Position numbers and translations under genes: made by a program
Assembly: GCA_965222225.1 (NCBI GenBank)
Contig: CBDCTK010000002.1
Coordinates: 512,001-576,000 of the forward strand
DNA: 64,000 nt
Direction: 5' to 3'
Source: Candidatus Poribacteria bacterium
Lineage (GTDB): Bacteria > Poribacteria > WGA-4E > JAJDTR01
Notes under the pieces: model-generated
Seen by the model: only the letters and a program-made list of their open reading frames with translations
What the model was told of the DNA's origin: nothing
Database searches by the model: none
In this document: piece by piece, positions 50,056 to 59,981 of the stretch
Numbering within the stretch: the stretch's first letter is position 1
How the letters are laid out: every line of letters begins with the position of its first letter

Positions 50056-51825
50056 ATGCAGAAGTTAAGCAAAAAATCAAATTCAGTCAATTTTGTTAGG
50101 TCCATGGCCGTGTTGTGCTGGCGGCTAGTTTGTGCAGCTTTGATTCATGGCGTTTTCAGCGGCGGAGAAATGACGGCGAAGGCGTCTGATTCAAGCCCCC
50201 ATGTTCAATTCAAAGATGTTACACTTGCGGCGGGGATTGACTTTGTCCACTCTCACGGCTCTCGTTCCTCGCTGTTGCCGGAGGATATGGGTTCAGGGGC
50301 AGGATTTGCAGACTACGACAACGATGGAGATTTGGATTTATACGTTGTGAACAACCCCGGTCCGTTGAAAATCGAGATATCTTCGCAATCGCCGGGCAAC
50401 ATTTTGTATCGCAATAACGGAGATGGCACTTTTACCAATGTCACCGAGAAGGCGGGAGTGGGCGATCGAGGTCACGGCATGGGTTGTGTATTCGGAGACT
50501 ACGATAATGATGGAGATGTGGACCTATATGTCACTAACTTTGGGCCCAATGTCTTTTATTGCAACAATGGGGACGGCAGCTTCAGTGATGTCACGGAGGT
50601 GGCTGGCGTAGGCGATGAACGATGGGGCACAGGCGCCGTCTTCGGCGATTATGACAGAGATGGCAGCCTAGATCTCTACGTATGCAACTACGTTGAATAC
50701 AATCTCATCTCAATAGAGAAGATGAAGAGAGAGTCGAAACAGGCGGGAAAATCAGTTCCTAGCGCATTAAATCCCATTGCGTTTGAAGCCCAAGATAACA
50801 TGCTGTTTCGAAATAACGGGGACGGCACATTTAGTGATGTTACCGCTGTATTGCGCGTAGCAGCTAACGGCGGAAGAAGCATGCAGTCTATTTTCACGGA
50901 TTTTGACTTAGATGGCGATCTTGATCTCTATGTGGCAAACGATCTAACTCCCAACTTTCTGTATGAAAATAATGGTGATGGCACATTCGCCGATGTGAGT
51001 AGCGAGTCATGGGCGGCGGATATTAGGGGCTCAATGGGGCTCGCTACCGGTGACTACGATAGCGATGGTGATTTAGACCTCTTCATTAGTCATTGGATTG
51101 ACCAAGAGAACACGCTATACAGGAACTTGTGCAAGGAGGGGAGTGAAATCGCTAAAACAAAATCTAACGAAGCGGAGCCCATTCGTCTCATCGATGAGTC
51201 GTATGGCAGTTTACTTGCTGAAATCAGCATGAAAGACATTGGTTGGGGAACCGATTTTTTCGACTACGATAACGATGCAGATCTTGACATATTTGTCGCC
51301 AACGGCAGCACCTTTCAGTATCTTGAGATGCCAAAGTACCTCATTCGCCAGAAAGACCGTCTATTTCGCAACGAGGGAAATGGAACTTTCATCGAAATTA
51401 CGGATGATGCTGGTGTCAATGCGTCGCCGTCTCGGGTTGGGAGAGGTGTTGCTTGCGGCGACTATGACAACGATGGTGATGTCGATGTCTTTGTCGTCAA
51501 TAATCATGATCGAGCGGTGTTGTTGAAGAATGATGGTGGCAACCGGAACACGTGGCTCCATGTCAAATTAGTTGGGACGGTGGATAATCGTGATGGCATA
51601 GGAAGCAAGATTCGAGTGGTGGCTGGCGAACTGACGCAAATTCGGGAAATCAATGCCGGGGCAAGCTACATGTCTTTCAACAGCTTGACCGCAGAGTTCG
51701 GCTTGGGTCATAAATCAATGGTGGACTTACTGGAGGTTGTATGGCCGAACGGGGCAACCGAGCGATTCTCTAATGTCCGCGTGAATCAGAGGTTGATAGT
51801 TGCACAAGGTAACGGGATTCGCTAG
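50056..51825 (+). CDS. CRTAC1-family FG-GAP repeat protein with ASPIC/UnbV domain
   Basis: Repeated DYDNDGDxDLYV.N / NNGDGTF.DV; NRDGIGSKI..GASYMS..FGLG..WPNG. Confidence 0.93.
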   Translation: MQKLSKKSNSVNFVRSMAVLCWRLVCAALIHGVFSGGEMTAKASDSSPHVQFKDVTLAAGIDFVHSHGSRSSLLPEDMGSGAGFADYDNDGDLDLYVVNNPGPLKIEISSQSPGNILYRNNGDGTFTNVTEKAGVGDRGHGMGCVFGDYDNDGDVDLYVTNFGPNVFYCNNGDGSFSDVTEVAGVGDERWGTGAVFGDYDRDGSLDLYVCNYVEYNLISIEKMKRESKQAGKSVPSALNPIAFEAQDNMLFRNNGDGTFSDVTAVLRVAANGGRSMQSIFTDFDLDGDLDLYVANDLTPNFLYENNGDGTFADVSSESWAADIRGSMGLATGDYDSDGDLDLFISHWIDQENTLYRNLCKEGSEIAKTKSNEAEPIRLIDESYGSLLAEISMKDIGWGTDFFDYDNDADLDIFVANGSTFQYLEMPKYLIRQKDRLFRNEGNGTFIEITDDAGVNASPSRVGRGVACGDYDNDGDVDVFVVNNHDRAVLLKNDGGNRNTWLHVKLVGTVDNRDGIGSKIRVVAGELTQIREINAGASYMSFNSLTAEFGLGHKSMVDLLEVVWPNGATERFSNVRVNQRLIVAQGNGIR

Positions 51826-52069
51826 CGGGCAGGTTGACAAGCGTTATGATGGGAGTTTTTCGCAGAAGAAACTCGGTGTCTCTTTTGCGGTTCATGATCT
51901 CAGATCGTGTGCGATGAAGAGTTGGGATTCACTCAAATTTCGACTTTTCGGGCTAAATGAATCCTCGAAAGCCTTCATTCTGTGTGCGATTTCCATGGGT
52001 TTCCGTTCAACTCAACCTACGTACTAAGTTAAGGGAAGTTGTTCTCGTCTTCTCATAGATTCGCATGTT

Positions 52070-52717
52070 ATGGGACACCAAAGATTAAATCTCGCTGTTG
52101 CCATTTGTGTGTTGCTATTTGTAGCTTGTACTGAGCAGAGGGAGACGCAGCAAATCCTTCCCCCAAGCACGATTGAAGGTTCAATCCGTGGAAATATCTC
52201 ACCCATCTCTGTCTATGATGCGAAGGTTGAGGTATTGCAGGAGGGCAAGGATATCGCTACAGTCGGTGTTCAGGATGGTGTCTTCCACATTAAGAATCTA
52301 CCTCCCGGGCACTACAATCTCCGTGTTTCCGCGTTTGCTTACGTGACCAATGATGCCATCAGAGGAATAGAGGTTATTGCGGGGCAGATTACCGAAGTCG
52401 GCCGTGCCGTGATTTTTCCTCAAGATACAGGCGAGTATATTCCCACGCGTATCATGGGCACAGTATACGATGCGGTGACCAGTGCGCCGATTGCGGGAGC
52501 GGTTATAAAGGTCAAATGTAACGAGGGCATCTGCAATACGCTCGAAAGCACCTCCGATTCCGAAGGGCGGTTTGAAATTGCCGTCTGGGCAAACCTCGCC
52601 TCAATTATTACCGTTACAAAGCAGGGCTACCAATCTAGTCATGCCGAAGTTATCGGTCTTTCGACGGGAGAATCGGCTGCCGTCGCACTCAAGTTGAAGA
52701 AGTTGGACAATCAGTAG
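52070..52717 (+). CDS. Lipoprotein with two carboxypeptidase-regulatory-like domains
   Basis: Lipobox FVAC; G.F.I.NLPPG.Y; GTVYDA.T..PIAGA..SD.EGRF. Confidence 0.8.
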   Translation: MGHQRLNLAVAICVLLFVACTEQRETQQILPPSTIEGSIRGNISPISVYDAKVEVLQEGKDIATVGVQDGVFHIKNLPPGHYNLRVSAFAYVTNDAIRGIEVIAGQITEVGRAVIFPQDTGEYIPTRIMGTVYDAVTSAPIAGAVIKVKCNEGICNTLESTSDSEGRFEIAVWANLASIITVTKQGYQSSHAEVIGLSTGESAAVALKLKKLDNQ

Positions 52718-52801
52718 GTCAAGAGGAATCTTCTAATGTAGGGCGCTATTCGTCGTGGTTTCCACGCCTGTGGGTAGCAACGTTGGAAGCTCAATGCAGA
52801 T

Positions 52802-55027
52802 TCAAACCACCTCAAGCTGGAATTGACGGTAGATTGCGCGCGCTTTTTCTTCTACTGTCGCAAGATAGGCGTCGCTGATGGCACTTTTGTAACTTGCTGT
52901 GAGCTGTCCTCCGTATTTGCCAAACGCTTCCGAAAATTGTCGACAGTTCTCCTTATCGTTACCTGAGGCATAAGCCTTGGTCTTCGCATCTGTACCAGAC
53001 TTGCGAATCTCTACAAACTTGTCACGGAATTTAAAATACGTCCCATCTCCCACAAACCGCACATCTTCAAGATTGGAGAAATCAAGCGACGGGAATGCCT
53101 CCTCAAGGATTGCACGCACTTGTTTCAAAGCTATCCGCTTCTCGTGCAAGGCAATTGCAAGTCCAAGGAAAAAGAGGTCGTTCTTGTCTCGCTGCGCCTC
53201 TCCCTCTTGCTTTGCCACTTTGAGCCTTACGGGATCGGGTTCAGATTCGTTGTAGTAGACTACATCTTCGCGGATGTCATATTTCCCAATAATTGAATTC
53301 TCGGCAAAGAGCGTCTCTAGATAATCGGACAGATGAAGGCTGTTCGCTTTACAATGTGCAGCTAACGCCGCAACGAGAACCATCGACTCTCCCGCGCTCT
53401 TTTCACGCATGGCGATTGCAGTGCGCCCGTTCTTGCTCTGAATCAATTCCTCAGGTCCCGTAATCATTCCTCCACTCTCTTCACCTGCGAAAAGAAGACG
53501 AGGTTGAACTCCAAGATTAATCGGTTCAGCGTAAACATCCTTCACGACGACCGGTGCATCAGGCGAATTAGACAGCTGTTTTTCGACCTTTTTCAAAATC
53601 GCGGCAATTTCCTTGAATCCGACCGGGACGTTGATGACCTTAACATCATTCTTACGCGCCCATTCGTCCCATGTAATTGCGGAGGCAGTTGTCTTGATGA
53701 TAAAGCGCGGGTGAGTGTCCCATGCCCCCACGGTTTTCAACTGGTTTGCATAGAAATCCATATTCATCAAGAAAGATTGGTTGGGTGTATAAATGCTCAG
53801 AATCCTGCCATTGCCAAGATTCAAGGATTCGATTCCGATTCTCTCCAATTTGCATTTGCGATATACACTCTCAATTTCGCACACAATCAGTCGGTCACCA
53901 TCCGGGTCCGTTACTTCAATGATTGTTCCTATAGGCTCATTCTTCAATTTTGTTCTGTAGTCTGCCGTCTTCACGACTTCAAGGATACTAAATTCGCAGC
54001 CCAGATCGAAATACTCCTTCTCTCCCGATTTCGGGTTGTAATCAAGTTTTCCGATATTATAGTAAAGCGGATCTGCATCAACATGGAGCCACTTCAATGA
54101 ATCCGCAACTTTTAGCCGTTGAAATATCTTGCGCATTGTCTGGAACATGCACCCACCCACGCAATCAATGACAATTGAGGGCTTGACCTCACGGATCAGA
54201 TCAAGATTGGCATCCTTTGCGACTCCGTTGCGCAGGTAATCAACGTAAAGGCGTGTGCCATCATCAGATTCGTCAAGGAAGCTGAAGTCAATATTTTCAT
54301 CATTTGAAGCACTAAACTGTATCAAATATCCTTTTGATTCTGCCGTCTTTAGGATCTCCTCAATCTTATTGACAAACTGCAGGGATTCCTCAGACAGATA
54401 TTGGCTTCCTTGGTTGTTCAAGTCTTTGGTTGCGATTTTGGTGCTTACCGAATGGCTTGAGGTTACGTGTTCGCCTCCATCCAGATCCAGTACAAAAATC
54501 AGAAACGACACCATCCAAATGGGAATTGGCGCGAAATCCTTTGGTATCAGAGTCTGAATGCCCTGGGCGGCTTGGATGCGGGAAATCAATTCAACATATT
54601 TCTGCGAGTTATATCGGACTTCGCAGCCGGCAATCTTTCTAAGTTGTCTACCTTGGGAGTGTTCTTTTACAACCAAGCTCTTTCCGAGCGTTGCCAATAT
54701 TACTCCGACTTGGTTGATTGGGAATCGCATGTCCCATGGATACAACACATTTTGTGGTCCCCGAATACCGCCGGTTGACGCCTGGGATTCTCTTTTATAG
54801 TTGCGGAACCATTCCCACAGATTTAGCCGATTAATCCATCCTGCATCCAGATAAAAGGTGAATTCTCCAGTCTCGTCCTGTGGGAACAACGGTGTTCTCC
54901 AAGTGTCAGGTGTATTGGCTTTGACAGCAGAAAGAAGCTCCCTTTCTGTTTGATTGCGTAGTTGGATGAAAGATTCGTCAATCGGAATAATCATGCAATT
55001 CTCCGTTTCGTTATGGTGGTGTGTCAT
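52802..55027 (-). CDS. Divergent alpha-D-phosphohexomutase (PGM/PMM)
   Basis: STGGIRG, TSSHS (catalytic Ser), DPDGDR, GEESGG, IRKSGT. Confidence 0.85.
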   Translation of the reverse strand: MTHHHNETENCMIIPIDESFIQLRNQTERELLSAVKANTPDTWRTPLFPQDETGEFTFYLDAGWINRLNLWEWFRNYKRESQASTGGIRGPQNVLYPWDMRFPINQVGVILATLGKSLVVKEHSQGRQLRKIAGCEVRYNSQKYVELISRIQAAQGIQTLIPKDFAPIPIWMVSFLIFVLDLDGGEHVTSSHSVSTKIATKDLNNQGSQYLSEESLQFVNKIEEILKTAESKGYLIQFSASNDENIDFSFLDESDDGTRLYVDYLRNGVAKDANLDLIREVKPSIVIDCVGGCMFQTMRKIFQRLKVADSLKWLHVDADPLYYNIGKLDYNPKSGEKEYFDLGCEFSILEVVKTADYRTKLKNEPIGTIIEVTDPDGDRLIVCEIESVYRKCKLERIGIESLNLGNGRILSIYTPNQSFLMNMDFYANQLKTVGAWDTHPRFIIKTTASAITWDEWARKNDVKVINVPVGFKEIAAILKKVEKQLSNSPDAPVVVKDVYAEPINLGVQPRLLFAGEESGGMITGPEELIQSKNGRTAIAMREKSAGESMVLVAALAAHCKANSLHLSDYLETLFAENSIIGKYDIREDVVYYNESEPDPVRLKVAKQEGEAQRDKNDLFFLGLAIALHEKRIALKQVRAILEEAFPSLDFSNLEDVRFVGDGTYFKFRDKFVEIRKSGTDAKTKAYASGNDKENCRQFSEAFGKYGGQLTASYKSAISDAYLATVEEKARAIYRQFQLEVV

Positions 55028-55133
55028 GGTGTTCGTCTGTTCTTTCTATCCGTTGTCCAAGTGCCGATTTAATCAAGATTATCAGTTCTTCGCGTTTTTC
55101 GTCGGCATCTACGACTTCCAGTCTTATAAACTC

Positions 55134-56947
55134 TTAGGGGCAACTACGTGTTGTGACGGCAGATTCAATGTATCGTTTTCGCTCTTTATTTTGATGTTGT
55201 TGCAAGGGTAAAGCGAAGTGAAACACCGATCCTTCCCCAAGAACACTCTCTGCCCAGATTCGTCCATCGTGTTGCAGTAGAATATGTTTTGCAATCGCCA
55301 GTCCCAAACCTGTTCCACGTACCTCAGATGACCGCGCCTTATCCACTCTGTAAAATCGTTCAAATATCCGTGGTAACATGTCGGACGATATTCCAATGCC
55401 TGTGTCTCGAATATGTATTACAACCTCGGATTCACTTATACTGGCAGAGACAGTAATTTTGCCGCCCGGAGAAGTGTATTTAATTGCATTATCAATCAGG
55501 TTAGCGAAAGTTTGTTCTATGAGCCGCTTATCCACCAGTACCCGCGGCGAGTCGTCGGGAACTTCCCAATCAAATGTGAGTTTGGTGTCATCGAACACTG
55601 GGCCGAATAGATTCAAAAGGGGCGCCCGAAATACTCCAAGTTCACAAGATTCGAGGGTAAGGGTAGCCATTCCAGATTCCAGACGAGAGAGATCGAGGAG
55701 GTCTGTCACAAGTTGTGACAGCGCGGACGATTGTTGAAATATCTTCTCGACAAAACGCCGATTTGTACTCGAGTCGTCCAAAGCACCGGTCAGCAGTGTC
55801 TCGGCGAATCCTTGAATTGAGGTGAGCGGTGTCCGTATCTCGTGGGAGACATTGGTGACGAAATCCACTCTACGCGCTCTAAATTTCTCAATGTACTCAC
55901 GTCGTGAATCACAACCAGATATTCGTCTACAATAGGAACAGACGTGATTTCTGTTTCGCGTTCTGCAGTTCCCACTAACTTGAGTTCGGCAAACGCGGAT
56001 TCTTTTGTATCCCGACTTTTCGTCAGGAGTTCCTGTAATCTTGGATCTCGGATTGTTTCAATAAGGGGATGTCCGCGATAGTTGGCAGAAAGATTTAACA
56101 TCAAAACCGCGGCCGGGTTTGCATAGACAATAGCAAACTTCTCATCTATCAGTAGCACGCCTTCAACCATGTTCGCCAAGATTGCTTCCAATCGATCCCG
56201 TTCCTGAGAGACTTCATGGATTTGGTGTTTGACGCGATCCGCCATTTGACTGAAATGTTGGGTCAATCGCCCAAGCTCGTCCGAAGAGTTATTTGAAACT
56301 TGTATTGAAATCCGTCCATCGGCAATCAATTTTGCGGTCCGGAGAAACCTGCGAATTGGACTTGTGACTATCTTCGCGGCAACTAGACCGAGCATCAGAG
56401 TCGAAGCCAAGCCAATGACAATCGCGGGAATAAAGGCTGATTTAAAGCGCTCAACAAGCTCTTGCATGCGTAGCGAAGGTAATACAACTCGACATACGCC
56501 GATTAACCGATCCTCTCGCAACACGGGGATTGCAAAATAACGCATGTCGGTTCCTTGGATGTCACTGTATCGGGTTACATCGCCTCTACCTTTCGCCAAG
56601 GCGGCTTGTATCTCTAGGCGGTTTTGGAGGTTATCCATTTCCCTCAAAGCATCTGCATCGTATGCGGTATCGCCCCAAACGGTGCCATCCGGATCAACAA
56701 ATGTTAAGCGCACGAAATTTTCCGTGTCAAGTTTGTCAACGAGCGCATCTACTGTGCCATAGCTGAAATTCGTTGGAAGCGTGTTGCTCAGATGTTCACA
56801 AATCATGCGCGCTTTCATTTCTAGTTCGGGCACAGTCTGTTCAGCGAACATCTGCTTTAGTGAGTGATGTAAGTAGACGAATATCACAAGCAATGTTGCC
56901 AGCGAAATTAGGACGTAGCTCAAAATCAATCGGGCGCGCATTCTCAC
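55134..56947 (-). pseudogene. phoR: PhoR-like sensor histidine kinase, frameshift near 55870
   Basis: TM-periplasmic-HAMP-PAS in one ORF and DFVTNVSHEIRTPL...NAIKY...GTGLGL in the other; one missing base restores LERVRVDF. Confidence 0.85.
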
Positions 56948-57021
56948 AACCTTTTTCCTGTTTGTGTGAACCGATCATCATCCTATCACACCTGCCTTCT
57001 TCATCGCCATTCAAAAACGAT

Positions 57022-57062
57022 AAGTCATTAAAAAGCCAATGAAATGTAATACAACTGTAACA
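57022..57062 (+). promoter_or_regulatory. Pho-box-like array
   Basis: GTCAT/GCCAA/GTAAT/GTAAC at 57024, 57035, 57046, 57057 (11-bp period) between divergent phoR and phoB. Confidence 0.7.
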
Positions 57063-57084
57063 TTTCTAGCTTATATTTACACTT

Positions 57085-57771
57085 ATGATGTCAAAGATTC
57101 TAATCGTTGAAGACGAGCCCGATATAGTCGAACTGTTGGCGTATAACCTACATCAGGCAGGTTTTGAGACGACAACGGCATTTAATGGGGAAGACGCCCT
57201 CCGACATGTGAACACTCGACCTCCAGACCTGATTCTCTTAGATCTGTTACTTCCCGGTGTGGATGGGCTAGAAATTTGCCGCATGTTGAAAAGGAATCCT
57301 ACGACTGAGGACATTCCTGTAATCATCTTGACTGCAAAAGGGGAGAAAACTGACAGGATTGTAGGCCTGGAATTAGGTGCAGATGATTATATTACCAAGC
57401 CTTTTAGCCCCAGAGAGGTAGTGCTGAGGATTCGTGCTGTCCAGCGTCGTATGGAAGAAGCTCGGACTAGCACAGCAGCGAAGCAGTTAAGGATTCACGA
57501 CTTGGTGATAAATTTGGACAATCATCAAGTGTTAAACAGGAGGCAGGAAGTGGATTTGACCGCCACGGAGTTCAAACTCCTTACGCTCTTGGTAGGGACG
57601 CCTAGACGCGTTTTTACACGCGATCTTCTGATGAATAAACTTTGGGGTGACAATTATTTCGCCGTGGATCGCACCGTGGACACTCACATCAGTCGTCTGA
57701 GGCGTAAATTACACCAACTAAGCGATGCTATAGAAACTGTACGCGGAGTCGGTTACCGCTTCAAAGAATAG
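57085..57771 (+). CDS. phoB: PhoB/OmpR-family response regulator
   Basis: ILIVEDE, LLDLLLP, GADDYITKPF, RTVDTHISRLR, ETVRGVGY. Confidence 0.88.
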   Translation: MMSKILIVEDEPDIVELLAYNLHQAGFETTTAFNGEDALRHVNTRPPDLILLDLLLPGVDGLEICRMLKRNPTTEDIPVIILTAKGEKTDRIVGLELGADDYITKPFSPREVVLRIRAVQRRMEEARTSTAAKQLRIHDLVINLDNHQVLNRRQEVDLTATEFKLLTLLVGTPRRVFTRDLLMNKLWGDNYFAVDRTVDTHISRLRRKLHQLSDAIETVRGVGYRFKE

Positions 57772-58083
57772 CCCAACTGTTTTACTTGATTGACTTCGTT
57801 GGCTTGTTTTAACAAACCATGATGCGGCTAGATTGTATGCGACTTTTTCTAGCAGCGCATCCAAATCACACTTCTTGGTTCTGCACAACCTTCAATCCAT
57901 TAGGGACCATCGGACGTTACTTTATCACCAACCTTCCTAATTGACTTTCCCAAAGATAACTGAAAAGAGCAGAATGTATCTAGGTTCTGTTGACATTTCA
58001 TCGTCACCAGATTATTGAGGGGGCATGAATAGGTGCGCTCATATAACCAAATTGGGTAAGGCAACCTAGTTTGTGTTAAGTGA

Positions 58084-58179
58084 GGACGGGGAAACCCCGC
58101 CCCTACGATTGAGGCAGAGTCGGCACTCAATGAAATCGTGGCATGCACCGGCATCCGTAGGGGTTGGGTTTCCCAACCC
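58084..58179. repeat. Pair of GTAG-type REPs
   Basis: GGACGGGGAAACCCCGCCCCTAC and GTAGGGGTTGGGTTTCCCAACCC. Confidence 0.7.
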
Positions 58180-58311
58180 GTTGAGCGCCTCCCTCGATTT
58201 ACGCGCCCGCCTAATATAAACGTCAACAGAAGCTAGTCATATCGGAAAAAATGACGAGATGTAAACATGGCGTTAACGTTTCACTCGGTTGAGTAGGTAT
58301 AGCCCTGTTTA

Positions 58312-58439
58312 GAGCCTGTTTGAAAAGTCCGAATCCGTCTTCGAGAGAGGCTATTTTGGGGAAAATGCCTTGAAATCCAATGACTTTTTCCCTCAAATGA
58401 CCAAACAATAGCTTTGCCATCTACTTCACAAACAGGCTC
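58312..58439. mobile_element. 128-bp MITE (IS5-like ends)
   Basis: TIR GAGCCTGTTTG(AA/TG)AAGT, 15/17 match; TTA target duplication on both sides. Confidence 0.75.
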
Positions 58440-58490
58440 TTAAGGACACTTTTCGGGGTTAGGCTTTTTGTTTCTTTATCATGTCCAAAG

Positions 58491-58499
58491 TGGTATAAT
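58491..58499 (+). promoter_or_regulatory. Extended -10 promoter of the mgtE leader
   Basis: TGGTATAAT. Confidence 0.6.
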
Positions 58500-58511
58500 A
58501 TCCTTCGCGCA

Positions 58512-58541
58512 ATGCCACCGCTTCCACCGCCGACCTCGTGA
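58512..58541 (+). CDS. Proline-rich leader peptide MPPLPPPTS (MgtL-like)
   Basis: ATG CCA CCG CTT CCA CCG CCG ACC TCG TGA TAA just downstream of the -10, followed by a pyrimidine tract. Confidence 0.6.
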   Translation: MPPLPPPTS

Positions 58542-58638
58542 TAATCGTGGTTTCTTTCTTTTCTGCGGATGAATCAACCAGGCCGAATCAAGATTAAATC
58601 AACCCGAAAACCAGGAAAGGTCTAATCCTATAAATTAA

Positions 58639-59923
58639 ATGGAAACCTCACGAGACCGGGACGATATTCTCATCTCCACGGTAATCAGACTCATTAAACG
58701 CAGAGCGATCTCCAACTTGAAAAAAGTCGTCAGTAAAACACATTCTGCGGATATTGCACACTGGTTTCCTTATCTTCGTCCCAACGAAAAGTCCATCTTG
58801 TTTAATCTCCTCATCGAGCAGGGACAAATGGGTGAGGTGATGAGTGAACTGAATGGTGAGGACAGGAATTTCTTTATTCAGGAGTCTGATGCTGGCGTTT
58901 TGGCGGACATTTTTCATAACATGCCAGCCGATGATTTGGGAGATATTCTGGCAGATTTACCCGAAGAGAAAACTCAACAATTTCTCAAACTCATAAAGGG
59001 CAAGGCCTCGGAAGACGTGGAGCAACTGTTGCAGGTTGAGAAAAAAACGGCGGGCTATATAATGACTCCCAACTTTCTCGCTTTGACAGAAGAAACGACA
59101 GCAGCGGCAGCGACGGATCGGATTCGAGAACTAGCCGATATTGAGATGGTTTTCTACGTTTATGTCATTGATGACGAGAATCAACTCAAAGGTGTCATAT
59201 CCCTTAGACAGCTTGTGGCTACCAAACCTGACACGCCATTGAAAGATTTGATGACTACCCGGGTTGTTTTCGGTTCATCCAAGCACGCCGCAAGAGGAGG
59301 TCGCGCATGTTGTTGCTCGTTACAACCTTCTCGCAGTTCCAGTTATTGATGACAGCGTAAAGTTAATTGGAATTGTAACGATTGATGATGTGATTGACGT
59401 TATTCGTGAGGAAAACACAGAGGATATGTTAAAAATGGCGGGTACAGGTGATGTTAATATCGCCTCAAAGTCTATCTTCAAGAATACACGCGCACGCTTG
59501 CCATGGTTGTTAGCGAGTTTTGTCGGTGGATTGATCGCTGTTTACGTCATCGACAATCATCGTTTGTGGGCTTGCGACAGGGGAGATTGACCTCAAGGAG
59601 ACGTGGAAAGTTCTGTGGAGAGAGATTGCAACCGGTGCTTCACTCGGGTGTGTTTACGGAATTTTGCTTGGCACCTTTGCTAAATTTCGGTTTTCGAAAG
59701 TAGAGATTGGCGGACTACAATTGGCTTGGGAATTCCCTGTTGTTGTTGCGTTAGCAATTTGTGTCAATATGTTAATTGCTGCCACGATCGGTACACTTAT
59801 CCCAATGTTTTTAAACGAATTCAGGTTGATCCGGCTATTGCGACTGGTCCATTTGTTACTACCGCAATTGACGTATTTGGCATTCTGACTTACTTTACAA
59901 TTGCACAGTTACTGCTCTTTTGA
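58639..59923 (+). pseudogene. mgtE: Magnesium transporter MgtE, disrupted
   Basis: MgtE_N, CBS pair, ARLPWL, DPAIATGPFVTT; frameshifts at ~59267 and ~59808 and an internal deletion at ~59550. Confidence 0.9.
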
Positions 59924-59981
59924 TTAAGGTGCAACAGGTGGGATGGTATAGAGAGGATTTCCGATAAAGTAAACGCAAGAA

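Noticed and set aside
50300-51540. Recurring GACTACGAYAAYGAYGG DNA repeats
   Set aside because: They encode the FG-GAP repeats of the CRTAC1 protein
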